The position numbers and the translations under genes were made by a program. The notes under the pieces were generated by a model. It was not told where the DNA came from, did no database searches, and saw only the letters and a list, made by a program, of their open reading frames with translations. A DNA stretch of 64,000 nt, taken from assembly GCF_055900595.2 (NCBI RefSeq), contig NZ_CM148325.1. One strand, 5' to 3'. This document shows, one piece after another, positions 17,287 through 29,021 of the stretch. Numbering within the stretch: the stretch's first letter is position 1; the number at the start of each line of letters is the position of its first letter.

Positions 17287-18103
17287 CGAGCTACCGGCTA
17301 CCCTGTCGGCGCTGCTGCGGGATTATTCCGTGGCGGAAGGCATTCAGATGGCCGAGCAGCAGGTCAGGATGCTCCCAGCGCAGACCTTCCGCCGCCACAG
17401 TCTATTTCAGTTATTGTGCGTGGCAGGCGACTGGTCGCGGGCACTGCAACAGATCCAGCTATGCGCCCGGATGGACGCAAATTATACCCGCGAAGCGCAG
17501 GTATTTGGCGAGCTGATCCGCTGTGAGATATACCGCCACGCCTGCTTTCAGGGAGAACAACGGCCCGATTTTATTCTTCCGCCGCCCGCCTGGATGGAGG
17601 ATCTGCTGACCGCCCTCGCCTGTAACGCCCGTGGTGAAGCGCAGGAAGCTGACGCCCACCGCAGCCGCGCACTTGAGGCCATAACAGATACTGCAGGGCA
17701 GTGGAATGGCGGCGCATTTGACTGGATTAGCGACAGCGACTCCCGTATCGGTCCGGTACTCGAACTGATCGCGGGCGGGGTATATATCTGGCTGCCGTTT
17801 TCACAAATCTGTTCGCTGAAATCGCCGCGGCCTGCGCATCTGACCGATTTGCTCTGGAAACCCGTCAACGTCACCCTGCACAACGGTGACACGCACAGCG
17901 CCTGGCTGTTTCCCCGCTACAGCGGCTCTGAAAAGGCCGCCGATACCCTGCGTCTGTGCCGGGAAACGGTCTGGCAGGACGGGCCGGGAGAGACGCTGGT
18001 ACAGGCGCAGGGTCAGAGGGTGTGGCTCACCAGCCAGGGCGATATCAGCCTGCTGGATTTGTCCACCTGTACCTTTAATACCTCCGAAGGAAGCGACGCG
18101 TGA
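17273..18103 (+). CDS. tagJ: T6SS accessory protein TagJ (ImpE family)
   Basis: 276-aa ORF, overlaps the preceding and following genes; size and position match ImpE/TagJ (SciB position in SPI-6-type clusters). Confidence 0.55.
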   Translation: MINNNELPATLSALLRDYSVAEGIQMAEQQVRMLPAQTFRRHSLFQLLCVAGDWSRALQQIQLCARMDANYTREAQVFGELIRCEIYRHACFQGEQRPDFILPPPAWMEDLLTALACNARGEAQEADAHRSRALEAITDTAGQWNGGAFDWISDSDSRIGPVLELIAGGVYIWLPFSQICSLKSPRPAHLTDLLWKPVNVTLHNGDTHSAWLFPRYSGSEKAADTLRLCRETVWQDGPGETLVQAQGQRVWLTSQGDISLLDLSTCTFNTSEGSDA

Positions 18104-18594
18104 GCACCTCCCGCCAGCGTCCGGGCAGCCACCTGCTGCCCACACTGTTTGACCGCCTGTGCGATGACGCCCCAGACCAGAAGCGCGACCACGATATCAG
18201 CGTCAGCCCGGTTCAGCTTAAGGAGATCATCCGCCGGGATTTGTCGTTTCTGCTCAACACCGTCAGCCATGAAGATGATATTGATGCCGCACGTTACCCA
18301 CACGCGGCGGCATCCGTACTGAACTATGGCCTGCCGCCACTGGCGGGCAGCTTTCTGTACGAACACAAATGGGACGATATTCGCAGGGCCATTTTGCGTA
18401 CCATCATCCGGTTTGAACCCCGGCTGCAAGCGTCCACCCTGCAAATCATCCCACTTCAGGATGAGCGCCACCAGAGCGGCCATAACACATTACAGTTTGA
18501 AATTCGCGGCGAGATCCTCACGCAGCCCTACCCGATGGCATTCCGGGTACGCAGCGCGCTGGATATGGAACAGAGCCGCATTACGTTTTTTTAA
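18100..18594 (+). CDS. tssE: T6SS baseplate protein TssE (gp25-like)
   Basis: 164-aa ORF directly upstream of tssF with ATGA overlap to tagJ; size and position of TssE. Confidence 0.75.
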   Translation: MSTSRQRPGSHLLPTLFDRLCDDAPDQKRDHDISVSPVQLKEIIRRDLSFLLNTVSHEDDIDAARYPHAAASVLNYGLPPLAGSFLYEHKWDDIRRAILRTIIRFEPRLQASTLQIIPLQDERHQSGHNTLQFEIRGEILTQPYPMAFRVRSALDMEQSRITFF

Positions 18595-18609
18595 TTCAGA
18601 GAGAAACCG

Positions 18610-20493
18610 ATGGATCCACGGCTACTGGAATACTACAACCGCGAACTGAGCTATCTGCGGGAAACGGGAGCCGAATTTGCCGCCCGTCATCCTAAAGTCG
18701 CCGCCAGACTGGGTATGCAGGGAACGGATATTGCCGATCCGTATGTGGAGCGTATGGTCGAAGCCTTTAGCTTCCTGACCGCCCGCACGCAGCTAAAAAT
18801 TGACGCTGAATTCCCCCGTTTCACCCAGCGCCTGCTGGAAGTAGTCAGCCCCAATTACGTCACCCCCACGCCCTCAATGAGCGTGGCGCAGCTCCATCCC
18901 GACCCGGAAGAAGGCGATCTGGCGAAGGGATTTACCGTCCCGCGCGACACGGCCTTTTTTTCCGCCATTCCGGAAGGCGAAAGTACCGCCTGTCAGTTTC
19001 GCAGCAGCCAGGATGTAACGCTGTGGCCGCTCGCCATCGAAGAGGTGCGACTGACCGCCGCACCGCCGGATATGCCTGCCCTGCACCGCTCTCTGCCAGC
19101 CAACATTCACGTCGCTGGTGCGCTGCGTATTACCCTGCGCACCTTTGGTGAACTGACATTCAGTCAGCTTGCAGGGCTGGACAGGCTTCCGTTTTATCTC
19201 TGTGGCGAGGAGCGCACGGCCTCACACCTGTTCGAACTGCTACATACCAGCGCCATCGCGACCCTGGCTGGCATTCCGGGGCATTTTGACGGTGCGCTGG
19301 ATGTGAATCTGCAACATCCCGTTATGTACGAAGGCCTGGAGCTGGATCAGGGGCTGCTGCCGCTGGCGTGGAACGTGTTTCACGGTCATAACCTGCTGCA
19401 TGAATATTTTGCCTGTCCAGAACGCTTTTATTTTTTCACCCCGACAGGCCTGTCTGCCGGGTTACAGAAAATTGACGGTGGCGTGGCGGAGATTGTTATC
19501 CTGCTGAACCGCCTGCCGCCGGACTGGCTGATCCACCAGACAAACGCGGCACAGTTCAGCCTGTTCTGTACCCCGATTATCAACCTGTTTCCCCGCGTCA
19601 CCGCACGGATCGATGTCACGCACAGCACGACGGAACAGCATCTGGTGGTAGACAGAACCCATCCACTGGATTATGAGGTGTTCTCGGTCCAGGAAGTGGA
19701 AGGGCTGGAAACCGACACCACACGGAAGATGGCCTTTCGCCCGCTCTACCACACCCGCAATAATGATGAAGGCAATCACGGACGTTATTTTTCCCTGCGC
19801 CGGGAGCCCCGCCGCTTATCAGAAAACGCCCGCCGTTACGGCACCCGTACCCCCTATACGGGCTCGGAAGTGTTCCTGTCGCTGGTTGACCAATATGAAG
19901 CGCCGTACCCAGAAAATCTGCGCCACATCACCATCACGGCCATGGTCACTAACCGCGATCTGCCCTGTCTTATTGCACGTAATGGCCGGGACGATCTAAC
20001 CGTGGATGCGGCAATCCCAGTGGCGGGCGTAGGGCTTATCCGCCCGCCGCGCTCGCCGCAGCCCCCGCTGGCTGAACGTGAGATGGCCTGGCGTTTGATC
20101 CGCCAGTTATCCTTTAATTATCTGCCGCTGGCCGATCTGGATCACCGTACCGGCGGCCAGGCGCTGCGCGATCTGCTTAACCTGTTTATTCCGGCGCATG
20201 ACAGCCCACAGTCGCGCCAGGTACGCAGTCTGATTGGCTGCAACACCACCCCGGTCACCCGCCGTCTGCCCGGTACCGGGCTGCTGGTCTATGGACGCGG
20301 CGTCAGTTGTGAACTGACGGTGGATGAGGAAGGGTTCTCCGGTATCAGTCCGTATCTGTTCGGCCTGGTGCTGGAGCACTATATCGCCCGTCATGTTTCC
20401 ATTAATACCTTCTCGCAGATGACGCTGCACAGCATGCAGCGCGGCAAAATTATGACCTGGCCTGTCAGGGCGGGACAGCGGGGAAGCGTATGA
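18610..20493 (+). CDS. tssF: T6SS baseplate protein TssF
   Basis: 627-aa ORF between tssE and tssG, overlapping the tssG start; size and position of TssF. Confidence 0.85.
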   Translation: MDPRLLEYYNRELSYLRETGAEFAARHPKVAARLGMQGTDIADPYVERMVEAFSFLTARTQLKIDAEFPRFTQRLLEVVSPNYVTPTPSMSVAQLHPDPEEGDLAKGFTVPRDTAFFSAIPEGESTACQFRSSQDVTLWPLAIEEVRLTAAPPDMPALHRSLPANIHVAGALRITLRTFGELTFSQLAGLDRLPFYLCGEERTASHLFELLHTSAIATLAGIPGHFDGALDVNLQHPVMYEGLELDQGLLPLAWNVFHGHNLLHEYFACPERFYFFTPTGLSAGLQKIDGGVAEIVILLNRLPPDWLIHQTNAAQFSLFCTPIINLFPRVTARIDVTHSTTEQHLVVDRTHPLDYEVFSVQEVEGLETDTTRKMAFRPLYHTRNNDEGNHGRYFSLRREPRRLSENARRYGTRTPYTGSEVFLSLVDQYEAPYPENLRHITITAMVTNRDLPCLIARNGRDDLTVDAAIPVAGVGLIRPPRSPQPPLAEREMAWRLIRQLSFNYLPLADLDHRTGGQALRDLLNLFIPAHDSPQSRQVRSLIGCNTTPVTRRLPGTGLLVYGRGVSCELTVDEEGFSGISPYLFGLVLEHYIARHVSINTFSQMTLHSMQRGKIMTWPVRAGQRGSV

Positions 20494-21485
20494 GCGACGA
20501 TTTCACTCAGGCGCAGGAAACCCCATGGCGTTACGGTTTTCTGAACCTGATGCGCCGCGTGGATGTGCAGTTGTGTACCGTTCTGGCGGGCAACACCTGG
20601 CAACCACGGATGGAAAAATTTCGCCTCGGACAAACGCCCACGCTGACCTTTGCGCCACGGGAAATCGCCAGTGTGAGCTGGCAGGAAGGACGCCTGCACA
20701 TCAGCCTGTACAGTCTCGGGCTGTGGGGGCCGAACGGCCCGCTGCCGCTGCACTACACCGAACTGGCGCGTAACCGGACCGAAAGCCGCCGCGATCCGAC
20801 GCTGACCCGTTTTTCCGATCTTTTTCATCACCGCTGGCTGACGCAGTTTTACCAGGCCTGGCGCAGCGCCCAGTCCGCCGGAGGCGGTCTGGATAAACCG
20901 CAACATGACCGCTTTGCCTTTTATGTCGCCAGCCTCAGCGGGCAGGATTTGCGGGAGAGCGCCGACAGCCCGCTGCCGGATCACGTTCGCCTGGCAGCAT
21001 CGGCGCATCTGGTGCGTGAGTCCCGCAACCCCGACGGGCTGGCCGCCACGCTGGCTCACTATTTCGGCGTGCCTTTCCGGATACAAGAGTATGTCCTGCA
21101 CTGGATAGCCGTGGCGGACGATGAGATCACCCGGCTGGGGATGCCTGCTTCCTCTTCCGTTATTGGCAATGGCGCACTCATCGGCCAGGCGGTGCCGGAT
21201 ATGCAGTATAAATTCCGGCTGGTGATTGGCCCGCTGACGCTGGCCGATTATCAGCGTTTTCTGCCTGGCGGCAATAACCTGCCAGTCCTGACGGAACTGG
21301 TTCGCGCTTTCACCGGTTTTGAATACTGCTGGGAAATTGAGCTACAGCTTAAACCACATGCTGCCCCTCCGGCTGTTACCGGTGGCCCATACCAGCTTGG
21401 CTGGACCGCCTGGGCCGGTAAAGCCATGCACGACAACCCGGTGACGGGCATGATTTTCGAACCTGAACACTATCTGGCGCACTGA
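20490..21485 (+). CDS. tssG: T6SS baseplate protein TssG
   Basis: 331-aa ORF coupled to tssF; size and position of TssG. Confidence 0.85.
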   Translation: MSDDFTQAQETPWRYGFLNLMRRVDVQLCTVLAGNTWQPRMEKFRLGQTPTLTFAPREIASVSWQEGRLHISLYSLGLWGPNGPLPLHYTELARNRTESRRDPTLTRFSDLFHHRWLTQFYQAWRSAQSAGGGLDKPQHDRFAFYVASLSGQDLRESADSPLPDHVRLAASAHLVRESRNPDGLAATLAHYFGVPFRIQEYVLHWIAVADDEITRLGMPASSSVIGNGALIGQAVPDMQYKFRLVIGPLTLADYQRFLPGGNNLPVLTELVRAFTGFEYCWEIELQLKPHAAPPAVTGGPYQLGWTAWAGKAMHDNPVTGMIFEPEHYLAH

Positions 21486-21495
21486 GGATAATTTT

Positions 21496-22542
21496 ATGGA
21501 TACATCCCTGTCTGACCCTGTTTCGGCGGAATGCCCCTGCGGCCCGGATCTGGAGTACGATCCCGAGTACCTGCTGCTGTTCACCCGCGCCGCACCGCGT
21601 GAAGAAGCGCAATATGGCGATTTTGTCAGTACGCCGGAAATCATTAACTGGGCGGAGCTTGAGCGGGATGCCCGCCGCCTGCTGACGCGCAGTAAAGATA
21701 TCCGTATTCTGGTTGTCCTGCTGCGCTGCCGTATCCAGCAGGCCGGTGCCAGGGGACTGGCGGAGGTACTCACGCTGCTGGAAACGTTGTGCGCCACGTA
21801 CCCGGACGCCATCCACCCGCAACTGCTCGCGACTGAAGATATCACCGCCGAAGAGGCGGCTGTGGCACGCAGTAACGCGCTGGCGGCGTTGCTGGACCAC
21901 GAAGGCGTAATGGCGGATATCCGGGGTATCACGCTGTCAAATAATGTCGCCATGCGCCTTCAGGTACGGGATGTGGAGCGTTCGCTGTCTGCATCACGCC
22001 CGGCGGATGCGCTGGCACCGGAATCGGTACGCCAGCAACTGGCCGACCTGGAAGCGCGCGGCGCACTGCCACTTGACGCCTTTCGCCAGGCCGCAGAGAC
22101 CACTGAGCGGCTGCAACGCCATGCGCGTGAAACGCTGAATGAACAGGCACCGAACCTATCCCGTCTGACACAATTGCTGGCTCTGTTGCCGGGAGCGATA
22201 CGGACCACCACGCCGGAGATCCTGCCACAACCAGTGGTTGAACAGCCGGAGAGCACCGCCATCGTTCATACTGAACAGATATCGTCAGAGCAGATTGCGC
22301 TACCGGTGCATATCGCGGAGGAAATATCACCGATGTCCGGCGCAGAACCCAGGCAGATCCGCGACCGGAACGACGCGCTGGAACGCCTGCGTGTCATCCG
22401 TCGCTGGTTTGAGCACAGCGAACCGAGCAGCCCGACCATTCCTTTGCTGCGCCAGGCAGAGCGCCTGGTCGGAAAACGCTTCTCGGAGGTTATAAATGAA
22501 ATTCCAGTAGAACTGCTGGAAAAATGGGATGCGCTGGAGTAA
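21496..22542 (+). CDS. tssA: T6SS protein TssA (ImpA N-terminal domain), short form
   Basis: 348-aa ORF with an ImpA_N-like signature at the N-terminus (CPCGPDLEYDPEY...EAQYGDF...INWAELERDARRLLTRSKDIRILVVLL). Confidence 0.8.
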   Translation: MDTSLSDPVSAECPCGPDLEYDPEYLLLFTRAAPREEAQYGDFVSTPEIINWAELERDARRLLTRSKDIRILVVLLRCRIQQAGARGLAEVLTLLETLCATYPDAIHPQLLATEDITAEEAAVARSNALAALLDHEGVMADIRGITLSNNVAMRLQVRDVERSLSASRPADALAPESVRQQLADLEARGALPLDAFRQAAETTERLQRHARETLNEQAPNLSRLTQLLALLPGAIRTTTPEILPQPVVEQPESTAIVHTEQISSEQIALPVHIAEEISPMSGAEPRQIRDRNDALERLRVIRRWFEHSEPSSPTIPLLRQAERLVGKRFSEVINEIPVELLEKWDALE

Positions 22543-22548
22543 CAGAAG

Positions 22549-22580
22549 TGGCCAGAATTTATAATGTCTGGCCATTTTTT
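22549..22580 (+). terminator. Intrinsic terminator after tssA
   Basis: Stem TGGCCAGA...TCTGGCCA followed by TTTTTT, 7 nt after the tssA stop codon. Confidence 0.7.
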
Positions 22581-22638
22581 AAATCATATTCGTTTTACTT
22601 CCTGAGTGAAAAAATTCTCGCTTCACCAAAACGACGAA

Positions 22639-22665
22639 AGCCCGAATCATTACTGATTCGGGCTT
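22639..22665 (-). terminator. Hairpin downstream of aspV (putative terminator)
   Basis: Inverted repeat AAGCCCGAATC...GATTCGGGCTT just 3' of the tRNA on the minus strand; the U-tract is interrupted. Confidence 0.4.
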
Positions 22666-22674
22666 TCTGAATAT

Positions 22675-22751
22675 TGGCGGAACGGACGGGACTCGAACCC
22701 GCGACCCCCTGCGTGACAGGCAGGTATTCTAACCGACTGAACTACCGCTCC
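22675..22751 (-). tRNA. aspV: tRNA-Asp (GUC)
   Basis: 77-nt sequence; reverse complement matches E. coli tRNA-Asp as recalled (GGAGCGGTAGTTCAGTCGGTTAGAATACCTGCCTGTCACGCAGGGGGTCGCGGGTTCGAGTCCCGTCCGTTCCGCCA). Confidence 0.97.
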
Positions 22752-22883
22752 GCGTTGTGTTCCGTTGGGAACGAGGCGAATATTACGGATTGCCTCACCC
22801 TTCGTCAACGGTTTTTCTCATCTTTTGAATCGTTTGCTGCAAAAATCGCCCAAGTCGCTATTTTTAGCGCCTTTTACAGGTAT

Positions 22884-23615
22884 TTATGCCCGCCAGAGGC
22901 AGCTTCCGCCCTTTTTCTGCACCAGATCGAGACGGGCTTCATGTGCCGCAAGCTCTTCATCTGTCGCAAAAACAACGCGTAACTTACTTGCCTGACGCAC
23001 AATGCGCTGAATTGTTGTTTCACCTTGTTGCTGCTGTGTCTCTCCTTCCATCGCAAAAGCCATCGACGTTTGACCACCGGTCATCGCCAGATAAACTTCC
23101 GCAAGGATCTGGGCATCGAGTAATGCCCCGTGCAGCGTTCGTTTACTGTTATCTATTTCGTAGCGGGCACATAACGCATCGAGGCTGTTACGTTTACCGG
23201 GAAACATTTTCCTCGCCACCGCAAGGCTATCGGTGACCTTACAGAAGGTATTGGTCTTCGGAATATCGCGCTTAAGTAACGAGAACTCGTAGTCCATAAA
23301 GCCGATATCGAACGCTGCGTTATGGATCACCAACTCAGCGCCGCGAATATAGTCCATGAACTCATCGGCTACCTCGGCAAACGTGGGCTTATCGAGCAAA
23401 AACTCATCGGCAATACCATGTACGCCAAAGGCTTCAGGATCCACCAGCCGATCGGGTTTGAGATAAACATGGAAGTTATTGCCCGTCAGACGACGGTTCA
23501 CTACTTCAACGGCACCAATCTCAATGATCTTGTGGCCTTCATAGTGCGCACCAATCTGGTTCATGCCGGTGGTTTCGGTATCGAGAACGATCTGGCGTGT
23601 AATTGCAGTGCTCAT
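22884..23615 (-). CDS. dnaQ: DNA polymerase III epsilon subunit (3'-5' proofreading exonuclease)
   Basis: ORF 22884-23624 trimmed to the internal ATG giving [20 protein letters not shown]... (243 aa), recognised as E. coli DnaQ. Confidence 0.95.
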
Positions 23616-23679
23616 AGCGGTCATTTATGTCAGACTTGTCGTTTTACAGTTCGATTCAATTACAGGAAGTCTACCAGAG

Positions 23680-24147
23680 ATGCTTAAACAGGTAGAAATT
23701 TTCACCGATGGTTCGTGTCTGGGTAATCCTGGACCTGGTGGTTACGGCGCTATTTTACGCTATCGCGGACGCGAGAAAACCTTTAGCGCTGGCTACACCC
23801 GCACCACCAACAACCGTATGGAGTTGATGGCCGCTATTGTCGCGCTGGAGGCGTTAAAAGAACATTGCGAAGTCATTTTGAGTACCGACAGCCAGTATGT
23901 CCGCCAGGGTATCACCCAGTGGATCCATAACTGGAAAAAACGTGGCTGGAAAACAGCAGACAAAAAACCAGTAAAAAATGTCGATCTCTGGCAACGTCTT
24001 GATGCTGCATTGGGGCAGCATCAAATCAAATGGGAATGGGTTAAAGGCCATGCCGGACACCCGGAAAACGAACGCTGTGATGAACTGGCTCGTGCTGCGG
24101 CGATGAATCCCACACTGGAAGATACAGGCTATCAAGTCGAAGTTTAA
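23680..24147 (+). CDS. rnhA: Ribonuclease HI
   Basis: Internal start gives [23 protein letters not shown]... (155 aa), recognised as E. coli RNase HI; divergent from dnaQ as in E. coli. Confidence 0.95.
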
Positions 24148-24866
24148 GCCTGTGGTTTACGACATTGCCGGGTGGCACCAACCGCCTGGCGAATTCGTGG
24201 CTTGTTTTTACTCTGTTTCATCGGATTTAGCGTTAAAGGAATAGTCCGTTTCCGGGCAACGATAAGTTGTAAGCAACCAAGCGCAGGAATATGCGCATTC
24301 AATAGTTTTCCACCGTGTTTGTTCCACGGGAGAACGTGGAAACGGCTGGCGTGCAGCACTTCAAAATTCAACAAAGAGAGCCAGTCCAGTTGCCGCATCA
24401 GAGTAAACATCCGGCTGTTATAGGGCGAGTTTTTTCGCAATACCGGCACAAGTTTGCGTAATCCCATTAAACTGATGGGATTGAAGCCGCTAATGACCAA
24501 CCAACCATCATCAATCAATACCCGATCGGCTTCACGTAATAAACGATGCGGATCGGTGCACCACGGCAATGTATGTGCCAATAGACAAACATCAACGGAT
24601 TTATCGGCAAAAGGAAGATGAAGTGGGTCCGCCTGTACCTGGACGGGCATTCCTTGCGCAGAAACATTCACTTGATGAGAAACCGCGCACGCTTCGCAAT
24701 TGATTTCTGCGCTTAAATTGCCAATCTTAAGCAGATGAAAACCATACATTTTAGTGAACCACGGGTTGAGCTGGCGCTCCAGCGCTTTGCGATAAAGCTC
24801 TCCCCAGGGCAAATCGCCCCAGCGATCAGGAGCCACGACAGTTTGAGGGACTCTTGCCGGTTTCAT
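24144..24866 (-). CDS. yafS: Putative SAM-dependent methyltransferase YafS
   Basis: ORF 24144-24884 trimmed to [14 protein letters not shown]... (240 aa); convergent with rnhA, overlapping stops. Confidence 0.85.
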
Positions 24867-24896
24867 CACAACCTTCCGTTTCACACTGAGAGGTAA

Positions 24897-25655
<759 letters not shown>

Positions 25656-25726
25656 TAAAACTTTCTTGTCATCGGCTCCGTTCGCCGTTATGATCGGTCG
25701 TCTTTTAAGCAACTATTGACACACAC

Positions 25727-27085
25727 ATGAAGGCAAAAGCGATATTACTCGCCTCTGTCCTGCTCGTGGGTTGCCAGAGTACCGGCAACGTTCAACAGCA
25801 CGCACAGAGCCTTTCTGCAGCTGGTCAAGGGGAAGCAGCAAAGTTTACAAGTCAGGCACGATGGATGGACGATGGGACGTCTATCGCGCCAGATGGTGAC
25901 TTGTGGGCTTTCATTGGCGACGAGCTAAAGATGGGAATTCCGGAAAATGACCGGATTCGCGAACAGAAACAGAAATATTTACGCAATAAGAGCTATCTCC
26001 ACGATGTAACTTTACGGGCAGAGCCGTATATGTACTGGATAGCCGGGCAAGTTAAAAAACGTAACATGCCTATGGAACTGGTACTACTACCCATAGTGGA
26101 GAGCGCTTTTGATCCTCACGCAACGTCTGGCGCCAATGCCGCAGGCATCTGGCAGATCATTCCGAGCACGGGGCGCAATTATGGTTTGAAACAGACCCGT
26201 AATTATGACGCGCGTCGCGATGTTGTTGCTTCAACAACTGCCGCGCTGAACATGATGCAGCGTCTGAACAAGATGTTTGACGGCGACTGGCTTCTGACCG
26301 TAGCGGCTTATAACAGCGGCGAAGGTCGGGTCATGAAGGCAATTAAAACGAACAAAGCGCGTGGGAAATCCACGGACTTCTGGTCATTACCATTGCCGCA
26401 GGAAACGAAGCAATACGTGCCTAAAATGCTGGCATTGAGTGATATTCTCAAAAACAGCAAGCGTTATGGTGTACGTCTGCCAACGACTGATGAAAGCCGT
26501 GCTCTGGCGCGTGTGCACCTGAGCAGCCCGGTTGAAATGGCGAAGGTTGCAGATATGGCGGGGATTTCCGTCAGCAAGCTGAAGACATTCAACGCTGGCG
26601 TGAAAGGCTCCACGCTGGGCGCAAGTGGCCCGCAGTACGTGATGGTGCCAAAGAAGCATGCAGATCAACTGCGTGAATCTCTGGCTTCTGGCGAAATTGC
26701 TGCCGTACAGTCGACACTGGTTGCCGACAATACGCCGCTTAACAGCCGTGTTTACACCGTACGCTCTGGCGACACGCTTTCAAGCATCGCTTCACGTCTC
26801 GGCGTAAGCACCAAAGATTTGCAGCAGTGGAACAAACTGCGGGGATCTAAGCTGAAAGCAGGCCAAAGTTTGACGATTGGCGCAGGTAGTAGCGCACAGC
26901 GGTTGGCAAACAACAGCGATAGCATTACGTATCGTGTACGCAAAGGCGATTCGCTTTCAAGCATTGCTAAACGCCACGGCGTGAACATCAAAGATGTGAT
27001 GCGCTGGAACAGCGACACTGCGAATCTGCAACCAGGCGATAAGCTGACGTTGTTTGTGAAAAACAACAACATGCCAGATTCCTGA
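25727..27085 (+). CDS. mltD: Membrane-bound lytic murein transglycosylase D (lipoprotein, LysM repeats)
   Basis: 452-aa ORF with lipoprotein signal peptide ending LLVGC and two C-terminal LysM-like repeats (YTVRSGDTLSSIASRLGV, YRVRKGDSLSSIAKRHGV). Confidence 0.93.
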   Translation: MKAKAILLASVLLVGCQSTGNVQQHAQSLSAAGQGEAAKFTSQARWMDDGTSIAPDGDLWAFIGDELKMGIPENDRIREQKQKYLRNKSYLHDVTLRAEPYMYWIAGQVKKRNMPMELVLLPIVESAFDPHATSGANAAGIWQIIPSTGRNYGLKQTRNYDARRDVVASTTAALNMMQRLNKMFDGDWLLTVAAYNSGEGRVMKAIKTNKARGKSTDFWSLPLPQETKQYVPKMLALSDILKNSKRYGVRLPTTDESRALARVHLSSPVEMAKVADMAGISVSKLKTFNAGVKGSTLGASGPQYVMVPKKHADQLRESLASGEIAAVQSTLVADNTPLNSRVYTVRSGDTLSSIASRLGVSTKDLQQWNKLRGSKLKAGQSLTIGAGSSAQRLANNSDSITYRVRKGDSLSSIAKRHGVNIKDVMRWNSDTANLQPGDKLTLFVKNNNMPDS

Positions 27086-27095
27086 CAAACCAGAT

Positions 27096-27131
27096 AATAA
27101 AAAGGCACCGATTCCCCCGGTGCCTTTTTTA
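27096..27131. terminator. Bidirectional intrinsic terminator between convergent mltD and yafE
   Basis: AAAAAGGCACCG...CGGTGCCTTTTTT: a stem flanked by an A-tract and a T-tract. Confidence 0.75.
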
Positions 27132-27132
27132 T

Positions 27133-27903
27133 TTATGCTGCTTTATGTGCTTCTACCATGATGATATCACTGGTGAAAGAGCCATCATTCTGCAAGGCAA
27201 AATACGTTTTCACCTCTGTCGATGCGCTCTGTTGGTAAACGCGAATAGCGTCTACTAACGTTTCTGGCGTACGCATTCTCGCGACCCATGAAGAAAATTC
27301 CAGCGGTAACTTATCTGTAATTAAATTATCAACTATCAGATTGGCTTCATTGATTAACGCCAACCACTCACCGCAGGCGTAATTACGCACATGTGATGTA
27401 TCGCGTAACGCTTCTACCGTCTGTAACCAGATATCACGTACCGGATGTCCTGGCGACATGACGTCCATCACAATCAGCTTACCGCCAGGTTTCAATATCC
27501 GATTCACTTCACGCAGTGCTGCACCAACATCATGCCAGTGATGGGCAGAATAACGGCTGATAACAATATCAAATGCGTTATCGGCAAATGGCAGACTTTC
27601 GGCATATCCCTGGCGGGTGGTGATATTTTTCAGTTGCCGGGCTTCGGCAGCTTGTGCCACGACATCCAGCATATGGGCAGATAAGTCATACGCCACCACC
27701 GTGCTCACGTTTTGCGCAGCGACAAAGCTGGCATGCCCTGCTCCGCAGCCCATATCAAGTACACTTGCATCAGGATAATCAGCCAGACGCTCCGCCAGGC
27801 GCTGTAAATCTCGTCCGGATGCATGTACGGTACTGGTCAGATATTCGCTGGCTTGAGAGCTAAACTGCTTTTCTACGTGGTCATGGTGGGATTGTGTTGT
27901 CAT
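27133..27903 (-). CDS. yafE: Putative SAM-dependent methyltransferase (YafE-like)
   Basis: 256-aa ORF with methyltransferase motif I (VLDMGCGAGH); conserved neighbourhood. Annotated start in reference genomes may differ. Confidence 0.8.
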   Translation of the reverse strand: MTTQSHHDHVEKQFSSQASEYLTSTVHASGRDLQRLAERLADYPDASVLDMGCGAGHASFVAAQNVSTVVAYDLSAHMLDVVAQAAEARQLKNITTRQGYAESLPFADNAFDIVISRYSAHHWHDVGAALREVNRILKPGGKLIVMDVMSPGHPVRDIWLQTVEALRDTSHVRNYACGEWLALINEANLIVDNLITDKLPLEFSSWVARMRTPETLVDAIRVYQQSASTEVKTYFALQNDGSFTSDIIMVEAHKAA

Positions 27904-27980
27904 TGCGCTGTCCTTTTGTTATTTGAGTATAAAAGGGCAGCGCCAAACGTTGGTCTGCCCTGTGGCAGACCTGACATACC

Positions 27981-28832
<852 letters not shown>

Positions 28833-29021
28833 CTACTGTTATAGGGATTTTAGCTCACTCTTTCAACGAGCAATTGTATATTGTTATGTAAGCAAGTGCT
28901 TACACCGGTCAGAAATTTGCTCATTATTGAGAACATTAAATCGGATGACATATCACGCATCCCGATGGTTTAATGACAAATAAATTCAAAATATCTCATC
29001 TATTTTGCAACAGGAGCAAAA

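Noticed and set aside
20391-21953. Minus-strand ORFs (236, 203 and 174 aa) opposite tssF, tssG and tssA
   Set aside because: Antisense shadow ORFs in GC-rich T6SS coding sequence.
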